Source: Candidatus Nanoarchaeia archaeon
Lineage (GTDB): Archaea > Nanobdellota > Nanobdellia > Pacearchaeales > GW2011-AR1
DNA: 64,000 nucleotides
Direction: 5' to 3'
NCBI GenBank assembly: GCA_028718805.1
Contig: JAQUKY010000002.1
Location: 1,424-65,423 of the forward strand
Notes under the pieces: generated by a model
Databases searched by the model: none
What the model saw: the letters and a program-made list of their open reading frames with translations, nothing else
Told to the model about the DNA's origin: nothing
Shown: one piece after another, positions 8,228 through 16,780 of the stretch
How positions within the stretch are numbered: the first letter of the stretch is position 1
Layout of the letters: each line of letters starts with the position of its first letter
Translations under genes and position numbers: made by a program

Positions 8228-10541
8228 ACTATTCATAGGAATATTGGCATTTATGCTGATTGTAAATATCTTAGTTATCTTTGATATCAATCAATTCTAT
8301 GTTAGGGCAATTTTGGCTTTTATCTTCATTATAACAATTCCGGGTTTGCTTATTATGCTCTGCTTGAAAATCAGAAACATAAATCATTGGGAATATCTTG
8401 TCTATACAATTGGTTTAAGTGTTGCTTTTATTATGTTTGCAGGCTTAGCTGTAAACTGGATACTCCCATTTTTGAATATAACAGACAAGCCTTTATCTCT
8501 TTGGCCTATTTTAATCTGCTTTGATACAATTTTATTAGTATTGTGGTTTATTGCTCACAGAAGAAATGAAGATAATGTTCATCTCTTAATTTTTCCTTTT
8601 AATGAATATGAAGCAATTGGAAAAAGAAGGATATTAGGTTTTATTCCTAAATTTCCCTCATTAACATGGCTTGATAGGATTTTCATGATAATCCCAATTT
8701 TCTTTCCCTTCATGGCAGTTATTGGAGCATTCCTCCTAAACAATCACGGAACAAACATAGTTACTATGATTATGATTGGTGCAATAGCGGTCTATGTTCT
8801 ATTAGTAGTCATCTTCAGAGATAAACTGAATGAAAATGTTTATCCATGGGCGATTTTGATGATAAGCTTGTCTTTACTATTATCGTTTTCTATGAGAAGT
8901 TGGTATATTTCTGGGTGGGATATAAGCCAAGAAACTTATGTTTTTAGGATTACTCTGGAAAATAATATTTGGTCTATTAAAAATTTTAATAATACCTATA
9001 ATACTTGTTTGAGTTTATCAATCTTACCAACAATAATAAAATTATCCACTTCTTTAAATATCCAACTAATTTTTAAACTTATTTTTCAAATCATATTTAT
9101 ATTTCATTCATTAACAATTTTTTTAATTTTTAAAAGATATATCTCAAATATTTTATCCTTTGTCGCATCATTTTTATATTTTGGAACAAGTTATTTCAAT
9201 TTTATTCTCCCAACACTAATACGTCAGGAAATAGCTTTTATATTCTTTGGGTTAATGCTTCTTGTTCTATTTAGTAAGGAGATTGGCCCAAAAGTTAAAA
9301 ATCTATTATTTGTTATCTTTGGCTTTTCAATGATTGTTTCTCACTACTCAACAGCTTACATAGCCCTTGCTCTTTTTTTATTTGCTTATATTTCAATTTT
9401 TTTCTACAAAAAATGGGAAAATAGAAATATTAAAAGAGAAAAGCTAAAACCGGAACAAAAAGAACAATTTTATCTAACAGGCATTTTAATTCTTTTATTG
9501 CTTATTTTTGGATTTTTGTGGTTGTCACAATTAACCGATACCTCAAACGGAATTATATCCACAGTTAAAAAAACTATGGATAACATTGATAGTTCTTTTT
9601 CTTATGATTTAAAACAGTCTTCTATTAAAAGTGCATTATTTGGAAACTCTGAGATCGATAGGTATACTAATAAAGATTTGAATGATTATATTAATGAGAC
9701 TAAATCCTCACTGAGTAATAAAAATTCTTATTCAGAACAACAAACACAAGTTTACTCTCCTAAGATTATGCCTAGGGGGGAGATTATTTATCCTAAAAAT
9801 AAAACTTGGGCATATTTTTTATTCTATTTATATCAATTTATAAAATATCTGATAATACTCTCCTTTATATTAGGTTCTTTGTTTATTTATTTAAATAAGG
9901 AAAGAATAGTTGATAAAGAATTTTCTTTTATAGTAATTATCTCAGTTATTTTAATGTTTTTAATAATTCTGCTTCCTTATGTCTCTAAGGCGTATAATTT
10001 CGAGAGATTATTTCAACAATGTTTGATTTTTTTATCTTTTTCGTCAATTATATTTTTTCAGAAATTGTTTAAGAATTATAAAAAAATATTCCTGATTTTT
10101 GTAATACTCTTATACTTAGGATATTCTCTATTCAATTTAGGAGTTTTATCAACTTATTCCGGAGGAGATCCTACATTAAATCTTTATAATGAAGGTTTAA
10201 CTTATAATATATTATACTTTCATAATGAAGAAATAACTTCTATTCTTTGGTTTAATAAATATTACCAAACAAATGTGGTTTATATGGATCCTTTTTCTGA
10301 GCTTAAATTTTACTGTTTTGGAAATCCCTTGTTGTATCATGATAAAAAAATTATTCCTTTCTTAATGAGTAAATCTTCCTATGTTTATTCTAACTATGTC
10401 AATAAAATAAAGAAAATTAACTATTGGGATGCTAGAGAAAAATTCAATAACGGTGTCTTGCCATTCAACTTCCCCACTGACTTTCTCAACGAAAATAAAA
10501 ATCTCATCTATAATAATGGAGGTTCTGAAATTTTCAAATGA
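8211..10541 (+). CDS. large polytopic membrane protein, candidate glycan polymerase / GT-C-like (DUF2206-like from memory)
   Basis: 776 aa with more than ten hydrophobic helices, hydrophilic segments near aa 400-420 and 450-530, and a soluble C-terminal ~120 aa. Embedded between GT genes with overlapping stops and starts. Confidence 0.5.
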   Translation: MTPKNKLFIGILAFMLIVNILVIFDINQFYVRAILAFIFIITIPGLLIMLCLKIRNINHWEYLVYTIGLSVAFIMFAGLAVNWILPFLNITDKPLSLWPILICFDTILLVLWFIAHRRNEDNVHLLIFPFNEYEAIGKRRILGFIPKFPSLTWLDRIFMIIPIFFPFMAVIGAFLLNNHGTNIVTMIMIGAIAVYVLLVVIFRDKLNENVYPWAILMISLSLLLSFSMRSWYISGWDISQETYVFRITLENNIWSIKNFNNTYNTCLSLSILPTIIKLSTSLNIQLIFKLIFQIIFIFHSLTIFLIFKRYISNILSFVASFLYFGTSYFNFILPTLIRQEIAFIFFGLMLLVLFSKEIGPKVKNLLFVIFGFSMIVSHYSTAYIALALFLFAYISIFFYKKWENRNIKREKLKPEQKEQFYLTGILILLLLIFGFLWLSQLTDTSNGIISTVKKTMDNIDSSFSYDLKQSSIKSALFGNSEIDRYTNKDLNDYINETKSSLSNKNSYSEQQTQVYSPKIMPRGEIIYPKNKTWAYFLFYLYQFIKYLIILSFILGSLFIYLNKERIVDKEFSFIVIISVILMFLIILLPYVSKAYNFERLFQQCLIFLSFSSIIFFQKLFKNYKKIFLIFVILLYLGYSLFNLGVLSTYSGGDPTLNLYNEGLTYNILYFHNEEITSILWFNKYYQTNVVYMDPFSELKFYCFGNPLLYHDKKIIPFLMSKSSYVYSNYVNKIKKINYWDAREKFNNGVLPFNFPTDFLNENKNLIYNNGGSEIFK

Positions 10542-11395
10542 AACTAAAGCAAAAACAAAAAAAACTTGAAGGCGGACTTAGACTTAAAAGAAAAATAAAG
10601 AAGAAACCCTTAATTACAATTATAACCGTTGTTAGAAATGGAGAAAAAAGTCTCGCAAAAACAATAAAAAGCGTAATTAATCAAACTGCTAGAAAATATA
10701 TAGAATATATTATAATTGACGGAAACTCAACTGATAGAACTTTAGATATAACAAGGGAATATAGCTATAAAATCGATTACTGGGTGAGTGAGTCAGATAA
10801 AGGTATTTATGATGCAATGAATAAAGGAGTTAAACTGGCAAAAGGAGAATATATTCAATTTTTGAATGCTGATGACCGTCTTTATGATAAGAGAATAATT
10901 AAAAAAGTTATTTTTGAGATGGTAAAAGAAAATGCGGATATAGTCTATGGGATGATTAAGGATTCTAGAGGGAATATCTGGCCTAAAAAAAAGAGAACCT
11001 TCCAAGATTTTAAAAAAGGAAAGACTCTTGCCCACCCCGCAACATTTATGAAAAAAAAATTGATAATCAGATCAGGATTTTTTGATTTAAGATATAAGAT
11101 TTCAGCAGACAGAGATTTAATATATAAAACATTAAGATTTGATCCCAAAATAATCTTTATAAATAAAATAATAACTTTTTTTAGTTTAGAGGGAATAAGT
11201 TCAAAATCACATATTAATGAACAAGCGAAAATAATAAAAAATAATTTTGGAGAGATTTACTCAATTTACTTCTATTTTTCTCAAGGGCTACCTCTATTAA
11301 TTATGTATTCTTTTTCGTATATTGGGATATTACCTTCATTCAGAAAGTTAAAATCAAGATTGCTTGACAATGTTTTTAGATTTATAAACAAGTAA
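10538..11395 (+). CDS. family-2 glycosyltransferase
   Basis: LITIITVVRNGEKSLAKTIKSVINQT, IIIDGNSTDRTLDI and FLNADD. Confidence 0.75.
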   Translation: MKLKQKQKKLEGGLRLKRKIKKKPLITIITVVRNGEKSLAKTIKSVINQTARKYIEYIIIDGNSTDRTLDITREYSYKIDYWVSESDKGIYDAMNKGVKLAKGEYIQFLNADDRLYDKRIIKKVIFEMVKENADIVYGMIKDSRGNIWPKKKRTFQDFKKGKTLAHPATFMKKKLIIRSGFFDLRYKISADRDLIYKTLRFDPKIIFINKIITFFSLEGISSKSHINEQAKIIKNNFGEIYSIYFYFSQGLPLLIMYSFSYIGILPSFRKLKSRLLDNVFRFINK

Positions 11396-11415
11396 TTAAA
11401 GAAAATAAAAAATAA

Positions 11416-12333
11416 TTAATACTCTCTTATCTTTCCCGTAAACAAATAATTAATTCCTGCAAAAATCCCCCTCAAATAATCCTTAAATGCCTTAAAATCT
11501 TTTTCTTTTATCAATAAGTATGCTGAGATTATGGGCGTTTTAATGAAGATATATTTTGCTATAAATAAGCTGTTTTGAATTAGATTAAAATATCTTTTAA
11601 CAAATATAAAATTATTTCTTGCTATATAATATCTAACAAATCCACTGACTTTTTTAGAGGTTGCACTTCCTTTATGCCAAATATGAGAATCTGGAGCAAC
11701 TTTTAATTGATAACCTTTTTTCTTTGCTCTAATGAAGAAGTCAACATCTTCACAATATAAAAAAAGTTCTTTGTCAAATAAACCAACTTTTCTCATAACT
11801 TTTGATTTAATTAGGGTAGAACATCCTGCAACAAAATCAACATCTGTAAAATAATCAAATTGTCCTTTATCCTCTTTATTTCTGCCAACAACTTTTCTAT
11901 ACAAAACAAGATTCCAAAATAGATTCTTTATACCTAAAAATTGTATTTTATTAGTTCCATAATTATATACTTTAGGCCCAACAATTCCGATTTCATCATC
12001 GCTTTCTGCAACTTTAACAAGTTCTGTTAAAAAATGTTTGTCTACTACCGTATCATTGTTTAATATTAAAACATAATCTGCCTTGTTCTTTAGGGCATAT
12101 CTTATTCCTACATTGTTGCCTTCTGCATATCCTAAATTTTCCTTGTTCTTAATAATTTTGATTGAGGGATATTTTTTCTTAAAAACTTTAACTGAGTTAT
12201 CAGTAGAACCATTATCAACTAAAATTATTTTATAATTAGGATAATCTATCTTCTTAACTGAATTAATACATTCAATTGTATCTTCTTTCCCATTCCAATT
12301 AAGAATGATTATGTGGACTAAAGGTTTTTTCAT
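11416..12333 (-). CDS. family-2 glycosyltransferase (rhamnosyltransferase-like)
   Basis: HIIILNWNGKEDTIECINSVKKIDYPNYKIILVDNGSTDNS and LILNNDTVV. I prefer the ATG at 12333 (MKKPLVH), which follows GGAG by 9 nt, over the track start at 12357. Confidence 0.75.
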   Translation of the reverse strand: MKKPLVHIIILNWNGKEDTIECINSVKKIDYPNYKIILVDNGSTDNSVKVFKKKYPSIKIIKNKENLGYAEGNNVGIRYALKNKADYVLILNNDTVVDKHFLTELVKVAESDDEIGIVGPKVYNYGTNKIQFLGIKNLFWNLVLYRKVVGRNKEDKGQFDYFTDVDFVAGCSTLIKSKVMRKVGLFDKELFLYCEDVDFFIRAKKKGYQLKVAPDSHIWHKGSATSKKVSGFVRYYIARNNFIFVKRYFNLIQNSLFIAKYIFIKTPIISAYLLIKEKDFKAFKDYLRGIFAGINYLFTGKIREY

Positions 12334-12335
12334 TT

Positions 12336-14540
12336 TTATTTTCTCCAAACAACCCACGTAAACATTATTGCAGTTATAATCTGCCCAATTAAATAAGCAT
12401 AACCTATCCCTAAAAGGCCATATCCCTGTTTCATAAATAACAATGATAATCCTAAGATTAGAATTGCACTTAAGGTGCTTCTTGTTATTAATGCCGGTAT
12501 TTGTTTTCTTATCTTGATTATGCTTGCAATTACCGCATTTATCGCCACAAAAATCCCATTTATTGCCATAATATTCAAAAACATATAACCTTCGCTTGAA
12601 TACTGTTTTCCAAACAATAATAAAACATATTTCCCAAAGAAAATTGTGATAATTATCGCAGGAATCATGAACAATGCAATCAGCTTAATTGCTTTCCATA
12701 TATTATGCTTTAGGTTTTTTTCATCATAGCTTCCTTCTGCAAATAATGAATTGCTTGTCGCATTTGGGATAATGAAAAGGGCGCTTGCAATTGTCATAGC
12801 CATGTAATAATAAGCAGATGTTTCTGCCCCGATATTATTCAAGATTATCAAAGGAAGGATCAAGGTAGGTAATGCAGAAATAATGCCTGCGAGATAATTC
12901 CCAAAGCTATATTTCCCTATTTTTTTGATTATTGAATCATAAAAAGCAAACTTTGGCTTATAGTTAAATCTGTAGATTAAAACAAAAAAGCTTACAATAG
13001 CCCCGGATGTTATCGCAAGCATATATGACCCAAAAATACCGTAAGCTCCTAAGCTTACAAGTAAAAATGGAAAAACTAATTTCAAAACAGAATAGATTGA
13101 ATTTTCAAGCAAAACAAATTTAGTGTTTCTATATGCAATAAAAATACTGTCAATTAAACCTCCTAAACTGCTAATGACTAAGAATATAATAAAAATAAAT
13201 GCCAACAGCATGTTTTCTTTAATAAAATGCAGTTTTGGAGAAGTGAAATCAATAACAAGCAGGAAAATAACACTTACAACAATTGTAAATAATGCAATAA
13301 GAGTAAAGCATGTGTTTATCTTCTCATTTTTTCTTTCTGAGCCTGGGAGATATCTTATTAGTCCTGCTCCCAACCCCAAACCCGCTATTGAAGTTATTAA
13401 TGAAGCAGCAGAAATTATTGTTGTAGCTAATCCAACCTGTTCTGTTGTGAACAGCCTTGCATTTATCATCCAGAAAACAAAACCAAAAACTGACATGATA
13501 AATGTGCTTAACATTAAATATAAAGAATTTTTATAAAGAGTATCTCTTGGAATAAAATTTGATTTTTCATCCTTCATCCATTTGTAAAATAGAAACCAAA
13601 ATACTGCAAAATATAGCAGGAAGAAAATCATTCCCGTATAGCTATGGTACATTCCCATAGCAACATCTTTTGAAACATAAGCTCCAACTAAGAATAGTAT
13701 GAAAACTCTTAAAACATTTACTAAAAAAGCACCTATTACTGCTGGAACGAACAAAAGATAGGCTTTTTTCTTGTTTATTTTCTTCCAGTCTACAAACATA
13801 ATAAAGAGATATAATGCTGAAAACAAGAATATAGAATAAATTCCTGAGCAGGCTTCTGCAATTTGAGCTCCAAAACTTCCAACTATTATTGTTCTTGGTT
13901 CAATAATTCTAAAATCTGCGCCAATAATTTTTAAAAGAACCGCAGTCATTCTTAATACTAAATCACTAAAATAAGGCCATAAACTCCAGACTAAATTCAT
14001 TAAACTCGCTGTTACAATTCCAAAGATAATAAAATAGCCTAATTCTTTTTTAAACTTCTTAATGAACTCTTTAATAAACTCAAATCCATAAACAGCTAAA
14101 CCAAGAAAAACAAATGTAGAAACTCCTAAAATATGGACTAAAAGAATATTGATTGTGCTTATTGGTATTTTGTTGGCATTTATTTCAAACAGATAAAATC
14201 CTATTAATAAAATAAATGAAATAACTAATAAAAGGAAATCTTTTACTTTATACCTGAATTTTTCAAGCTTTAACAGCCTATCCCTGTAAAGAAGAATAAA
14301 TCCTGCGATAGAGAACAGTAGGATGTAACCAACCCTGCCCCAAATTTCAATTTTCCAGTCAGATAATATCCCATACTGATACAGCTTTGTTCCTATAACG
14401 ACTGCAAAAGCCATGAATAAAGCTATGAATATGATTGTTTTTATTAAAAACTGCTTGAAGCCTTTGTTTAAACTGCCGAATCTGCCTAATCTGTCTGCAC
14501 TACTTAATCTGCTGAACTTATTTGGCTTATTTTTTATCAT
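12336..14540 (-). CDS. fusion protein: N-terminal exosortase/archaeosortase-family domain + C-terminal Wzx-type (MOP superfamily) polysaccharide flippase
   Basis: A single 734-codon frame. Polytopic aa ~40-320 carries AEACSGIYS (Cys231, codon 13848-13850), NVLRVF (Arg278) and MYHSYTG (His299). From aa ~335 onward, LYKNSLYLMLSTFIMSVFGFVFWMINARLFTTEQVGLATTIISAASL plus about 10 more helices is typical of Polysacc_synt/Wzx proteins. Confidence 0.7.
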   Translation of the reverse strand: MIKNKPNKFSRLSSADRLGRFGSLNKGFKQFLIKTIIFIALFMAFAVVIGTKLYQYGILSDWKIEIWGRVGYILLFSIAGFILLYRDRLLKLEKFRYKVKDFLLLVISFILLIGFYLFEINANKIPISTINILLVHILGVSTFVFLGLAVYGFEFIKEFIKKFKKELGYFIIFGIVTASLMNLVWSLWPYFSDLVLRMTAVLLKIIGADFRIIEPRTIIVGSFGAQIAEACSGIYSIFLFSALYLFIMFVDWKKINKKKAYLLFVPAVIGAFLVNVLRVFILFLVGAYVSKDVAMGMYHSYTGMIFFLLYFAVFWFLFYKWMKDEKSNFIPRDTLYKNSLYLMLSTFIMSVFGFVFWMINARLFTTEQVGLATTIISAASLITSIAGLGLGAGLIRYLPGSERKNEKINTCFTLIALFTIVVSVIFLLVIDFTSPKLHFIKENMLLAFIFIIFLVISSLGGLIDSIFIAYRNTKFVLLENSIYSVLKLVFPFLLVSLGAYGIFGSYMLAITSGAIVSFFVLIYRFNYKPKFAFYDSIIKKIGKYSFGNYLAGIISALPTLILPLIILNNIGAETSAYYYMAMTIASALFIIPNATSNSLFAEGSYDEKNLKHNIWKAIKLIALFMIPAIIITIFFGKYVLLLFGKQYSSEGYMFLNIMAINGIFVAINAVIASIIKIRKQIPALITRSTLSAILILGLSLLFMKQGYGLLGIGYAYLIGQIITAIMFTWVVWRK

Positions 14541-14549
14541 GTTAAATTA

Positions 14550-14930
14550 TCAGAACTCTTTTTTAGCTAATCTTTTGGCAATGCCCTCATAATATCTTCC
14601 GAGAGAGGCGTAAATCTCAGGAGATTTGTCCCTTTTAATAACTGCCATTCTTCCATCATCTTCAAACCCCATCTCCTTCCTGCTTGTCATTTCATAACTG
14701 ATAACTGCCCCGCAAAACAGCTTTTTTATTAATGAGTCCAGGGGTTTATCAGTGTCTATGCTAAATTTCCCATTATTAGATATTACCTCTGCTTGTAGAT
14801 CCATGTATGATGTAAAAATCTCTTTAGGTAAAAGTTTATTTGCAGTTGCAATTTCTCTGGCTCTTGCATCTGATAAATCATCAATTGAGCTTATAACTGG
14901 TGTTTTTTTCTTTCCGAACATTTTCAACAT
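14550..14930 (-). CDS. hypothetical soluble protein, first gene of the sortase-flippase operon
   Basis: 126-aa ORF ending 9 nt before the fusion gene start. Purine-rich GGAGAAGGAGAG upstream. No motif recognised. Confidence 0.45.
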   Translation of the reverse strand: MLKMFGKKKTPVISSIDDLSDARAREIATANKLLPKEIFTSYMDLQAEVISNNGKFSIDTDKPLDSLIKKLFCGAVISYEMTSRKEMGFEDDGRMAVIKRDKSPEIYASLGRYYEGIAKRLAKKEF

Positions 14931-14989
14931 ATCAGAACTCTCCTTCTCCTTCCTAAGCTCCTAAGCTTCCCTAAGGCAAAAATACAAAG

Positions 14990-15090
14990 AAATTTGGGTT
15001 TTTAAAGGTGTTTGATTTACTGGTTTTTAATGTGATAAACGATTTTATTCTGATTGCCCCCTATTGATTCGTCTTTGGAGATTACCGATA
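14990..15090 (+). repeat. intergenic mosaic repeat, composite copy 1
   Basis: AAATTTGGGTTTTTAAAGGTGTTTGA ... GATAAACGATTTTA ... CTGATTGCCCC ... TCTTTGGAGATTACCGATA. Parallels 15976-16060. Confidence 0.7.
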
Positions 15091-15138
15091 TAATAAAGCA
15101 ACCAAAAACTACTTAAAAACCATATGCTTTAATTAAAA

Positions 15139-15747
15139 ATGGAATATAATCCTGAGGAAAAAGAGATAATTTCAAACAAGGAGCTGAATGAACTTGATAA
15201 GTTTGTAATTGATTTTTGCAGTTATTTAGATGAATATGTTATTGTTTCAGGTTATGTTTCCATATTATTGGGGAGAAGCAGGGCAACAGAAGATGTAGAT
15301 TTATTAATACCTTCAATGAGCAAAGAAGAATTTGAAATCCTTTGGGATAAGCTGCATAATAATGATTTTGAATGTATGAACACTTCTGATCCTGGTGAAG
15401 CATTTAAAATGCTTAAAGAGCATGCAATCAGATTTTTTAAGAGAGGCAAGCCAACCCCTAATATTGAGTTTAAGATTATAAAAAATGATTTGGATAAATA
15501 TGCATATGAAAATAAGCTCAGGGTTATATTGACTAAAGGGGAATTATTTATCTCTCCTTTAGAATCCCAAATTCCTTACAAGCTTTTTTTAGCTGCTGAC
15601 GGGGCTGATAAAGAGCTTCAGTCAGATAAAGATATTGAGGATGCAAGGCATTTATACAAACTTTTTGAACAAAAGCTTAATAAAGAAGAACTGCTTTTTT
15701 TTATTAATAAACTAAAGGTTGATAAAAAATTAAAGTTTTTAAAATGA
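15139..15747 (+). CDS. putative nucleotidyltransferase-fold protein
   Basis: 202 aa. VSGYVSILLGRSRATEDVDLLI resembles a G-x-x-A/S ... D-x-D Pol-beta-type NTase motif. Weak call. Confidence 0.35.
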   Translation: MEYNPEEKEIISNKELNELDKFVIDFCSYLDEYVIVSGYVSILLGRSRATEDVDLLIPSMSKEEFEILWDKLHNNDFECMNTSDPGEAFKMLKEHAIRFFKRGKPTPNIEFKIIKNDLDKYAYENKLRVILTKGELFISPLESQIPYKLFLAADGADKELQSDKDIEDARHLYKLFEQKLNKEELLFFINKLKVDKKLKFLK

Positions 15748-15950
15748 AAGCATCTGAAGTTAAAGTTGATATAGAAGAATTAAAGAGATTCAAGGCTCAA
15801 AATGCCAGAGAGAGATTAAAATTCATTGATTTCTGGGCAGAATACATTAAAACTCATTCAGATGAAGACTGGAGCAAGCAGCAGAATATGCTTATTGATT
15901 CTCAGATAGAGTCTGCAGATAGCTTTGCTTTAACGCAGGGAAAATCTTAA
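15744..15950 (+). CDS. small hypothetical protein coupled to 15139..15747
   Basis: 68-aa ORF with an ATGA overlap to the upstream gene. Confidence 0.35.
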   Translation: MKASEVKVDIEELKRFKAQNARERLKFIDFWAEYIKTHSDEDWSKQQNMLIDSQIESADSFALTQGKS

Positions 15951-15975
15951 AGCTCAAACAAGAGCTCATTTAAAG

Positions 15976-16060
15976 GAAATTGGGATTTTTGATGGTTAAA
16001 GGTGTTTGAGTAGCTTTGTCTGATTGCCCCTTAGAACTTCGCCTTTGGATATTACTGATA
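15976..16060 (+). repeat. intergenic mosaic repeat, composite copy 2
   Basis: GAAATTGGGATTTTTGATGGTTAAAGGTGTTTGA ... CTGATTGCCCC ... TTCGCCTTTGGATATTACTGATA. Confidence 0.75.
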
Positions 16061-16132
16061 CTTGGTTTAATTAAACGAAAGATTTATAAGTAGGAAAATC
16101 TTACCTTCTTACATAAGGAATATAAACATAAA

Positions 16133-16339
16133 ATGGAAATAACAAAAATAAGTTCAAAGGGACAGGTAGTAATACCATCTAAAATAAGAATAGAATTAGG
16201 GATAGAAGAAGGCTCTGTGTTAGGAGTAGAAAAAATGAAAGATATGGTAATTCTAAAAAAAATAGATTTAGATTTAGTAAGGCAATTCAAAGAAGGATTA
16301 GAAGATTTAAGATCAGGAAGAGTTAAAAGAGTTGCTTAA
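16133..16339 (+). CDS. AbrB/SpoVT-family antitoxin-like DNA-binding protein
   Basis: MEITKISSKGQVVIPSKIRIELGIEEGSVLGVEKMKDMVILKKI is a swapped-hairpin motif. Paralogous to 39764..39997. Confidence 0.7.
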   Translation: MEITKISSKGQVVIPSKIRIELGIEEGSVLGVEKMKDMVILKKIDLDLVRQFKEGLEDLRSGRVKRVA

Positions 16340-16638
16340 TTTTTCTGCATATTTCCTGTATTCTCTAAAATATTTTACAATCTCGCTTATAGTTTCCTTT
16401 TGGGCCTTCTTTCCTCCAATAGCCACCATTAAGACAATTTTCAAGTCATCATAAACAAGATAATATATTCTTTTTTCTTTTATTCTCTTTTCTCTAAAAA
16501 AATTATACCTTATTTGGTCTCCAATATGGGGTTTTCTTTAAGCTGTAAGAATATTTTTTGAATAATCTCTTTATCAAATTCAGAGAGTTTATTCATTTCT
16601 TTGTCAAAAACATTAATAGTATAAACTGCATAAAACAT
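16313..16638 (-). pseudogene. RelE/ParE-family toxin gene interrupted by a 1-nt frameshift
   Basis: Hand translation gives MFYAVYTINVFDKEMNKLSEFDKEIIQKIFLQLKENP in one frame, which then stops. The -1 frame continues HIGDQIRYNFFREKRIKEKRIYYLVYDDLKIVLMVAIGGKKAQ... to a stop at 16313. The switch is at the GGGG run 16528-16531; one extra G/C would restore a ~105-aa RelE-like ORF. Confidence 0.6.
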
Positions 16639-16696
16639 GATTATTTTAAGAATTTTCAGATTTTAAGTTTGTCTATTTCTTCCTCCCCCGCCTTAC

Positions 16697-16719
16697 TTCG
16701 CCTTTGGATATTACTGATA
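16697..16719 (+). repeat. exact 23-mer TTCGCCTTTGGATATTACTGATA (second copy; first at 16038-16060)
   Basis: Identical strings read at both positions. Confidence 0.9.
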
Positions 16720-16750
16720 AAAGTTTTCTTATTAATAGACTTCCAAAAGG

Positions 16751-16780
16751 TTTAAATATAGTATATACTCAGTATATACT
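16751..16780 (+). promoter_or_regulatory. TATA-like box plus tandem palindromic operator candidate
   Basis: TTTAAATATA at 16751-16760. It is followed by two copies of the self-complementary 10-mer AGTATATACT (16760-16769 and 16771-16780) that abut ATG 16781. The spacing implies a leaderless or near-leaderless mRNA. Confidence 0.5.

Noticed and set aside
13123-13536. 137-aa plus-strand ORF inside the sortase-flippase gene
   Set aside because: It is antisense to a well-supported membrane-protein frame and has no motif of its own.
14952-14976. Short tandem TCCTAAGC TCCTAAGC TTCCCTAAGG upstream of minus-strand start 14930
   Set aside because: There are only two clean copies. It overlaps the purine-rich ribosome-binding region on the coding strand and is not distinguishable from chance.
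16558-16755. 65-aa TTG-start ORF
   Set aside because: It is antisense to the RelE-like pseudogene and runs into an intergenic repeat copy. The translation is implausible.
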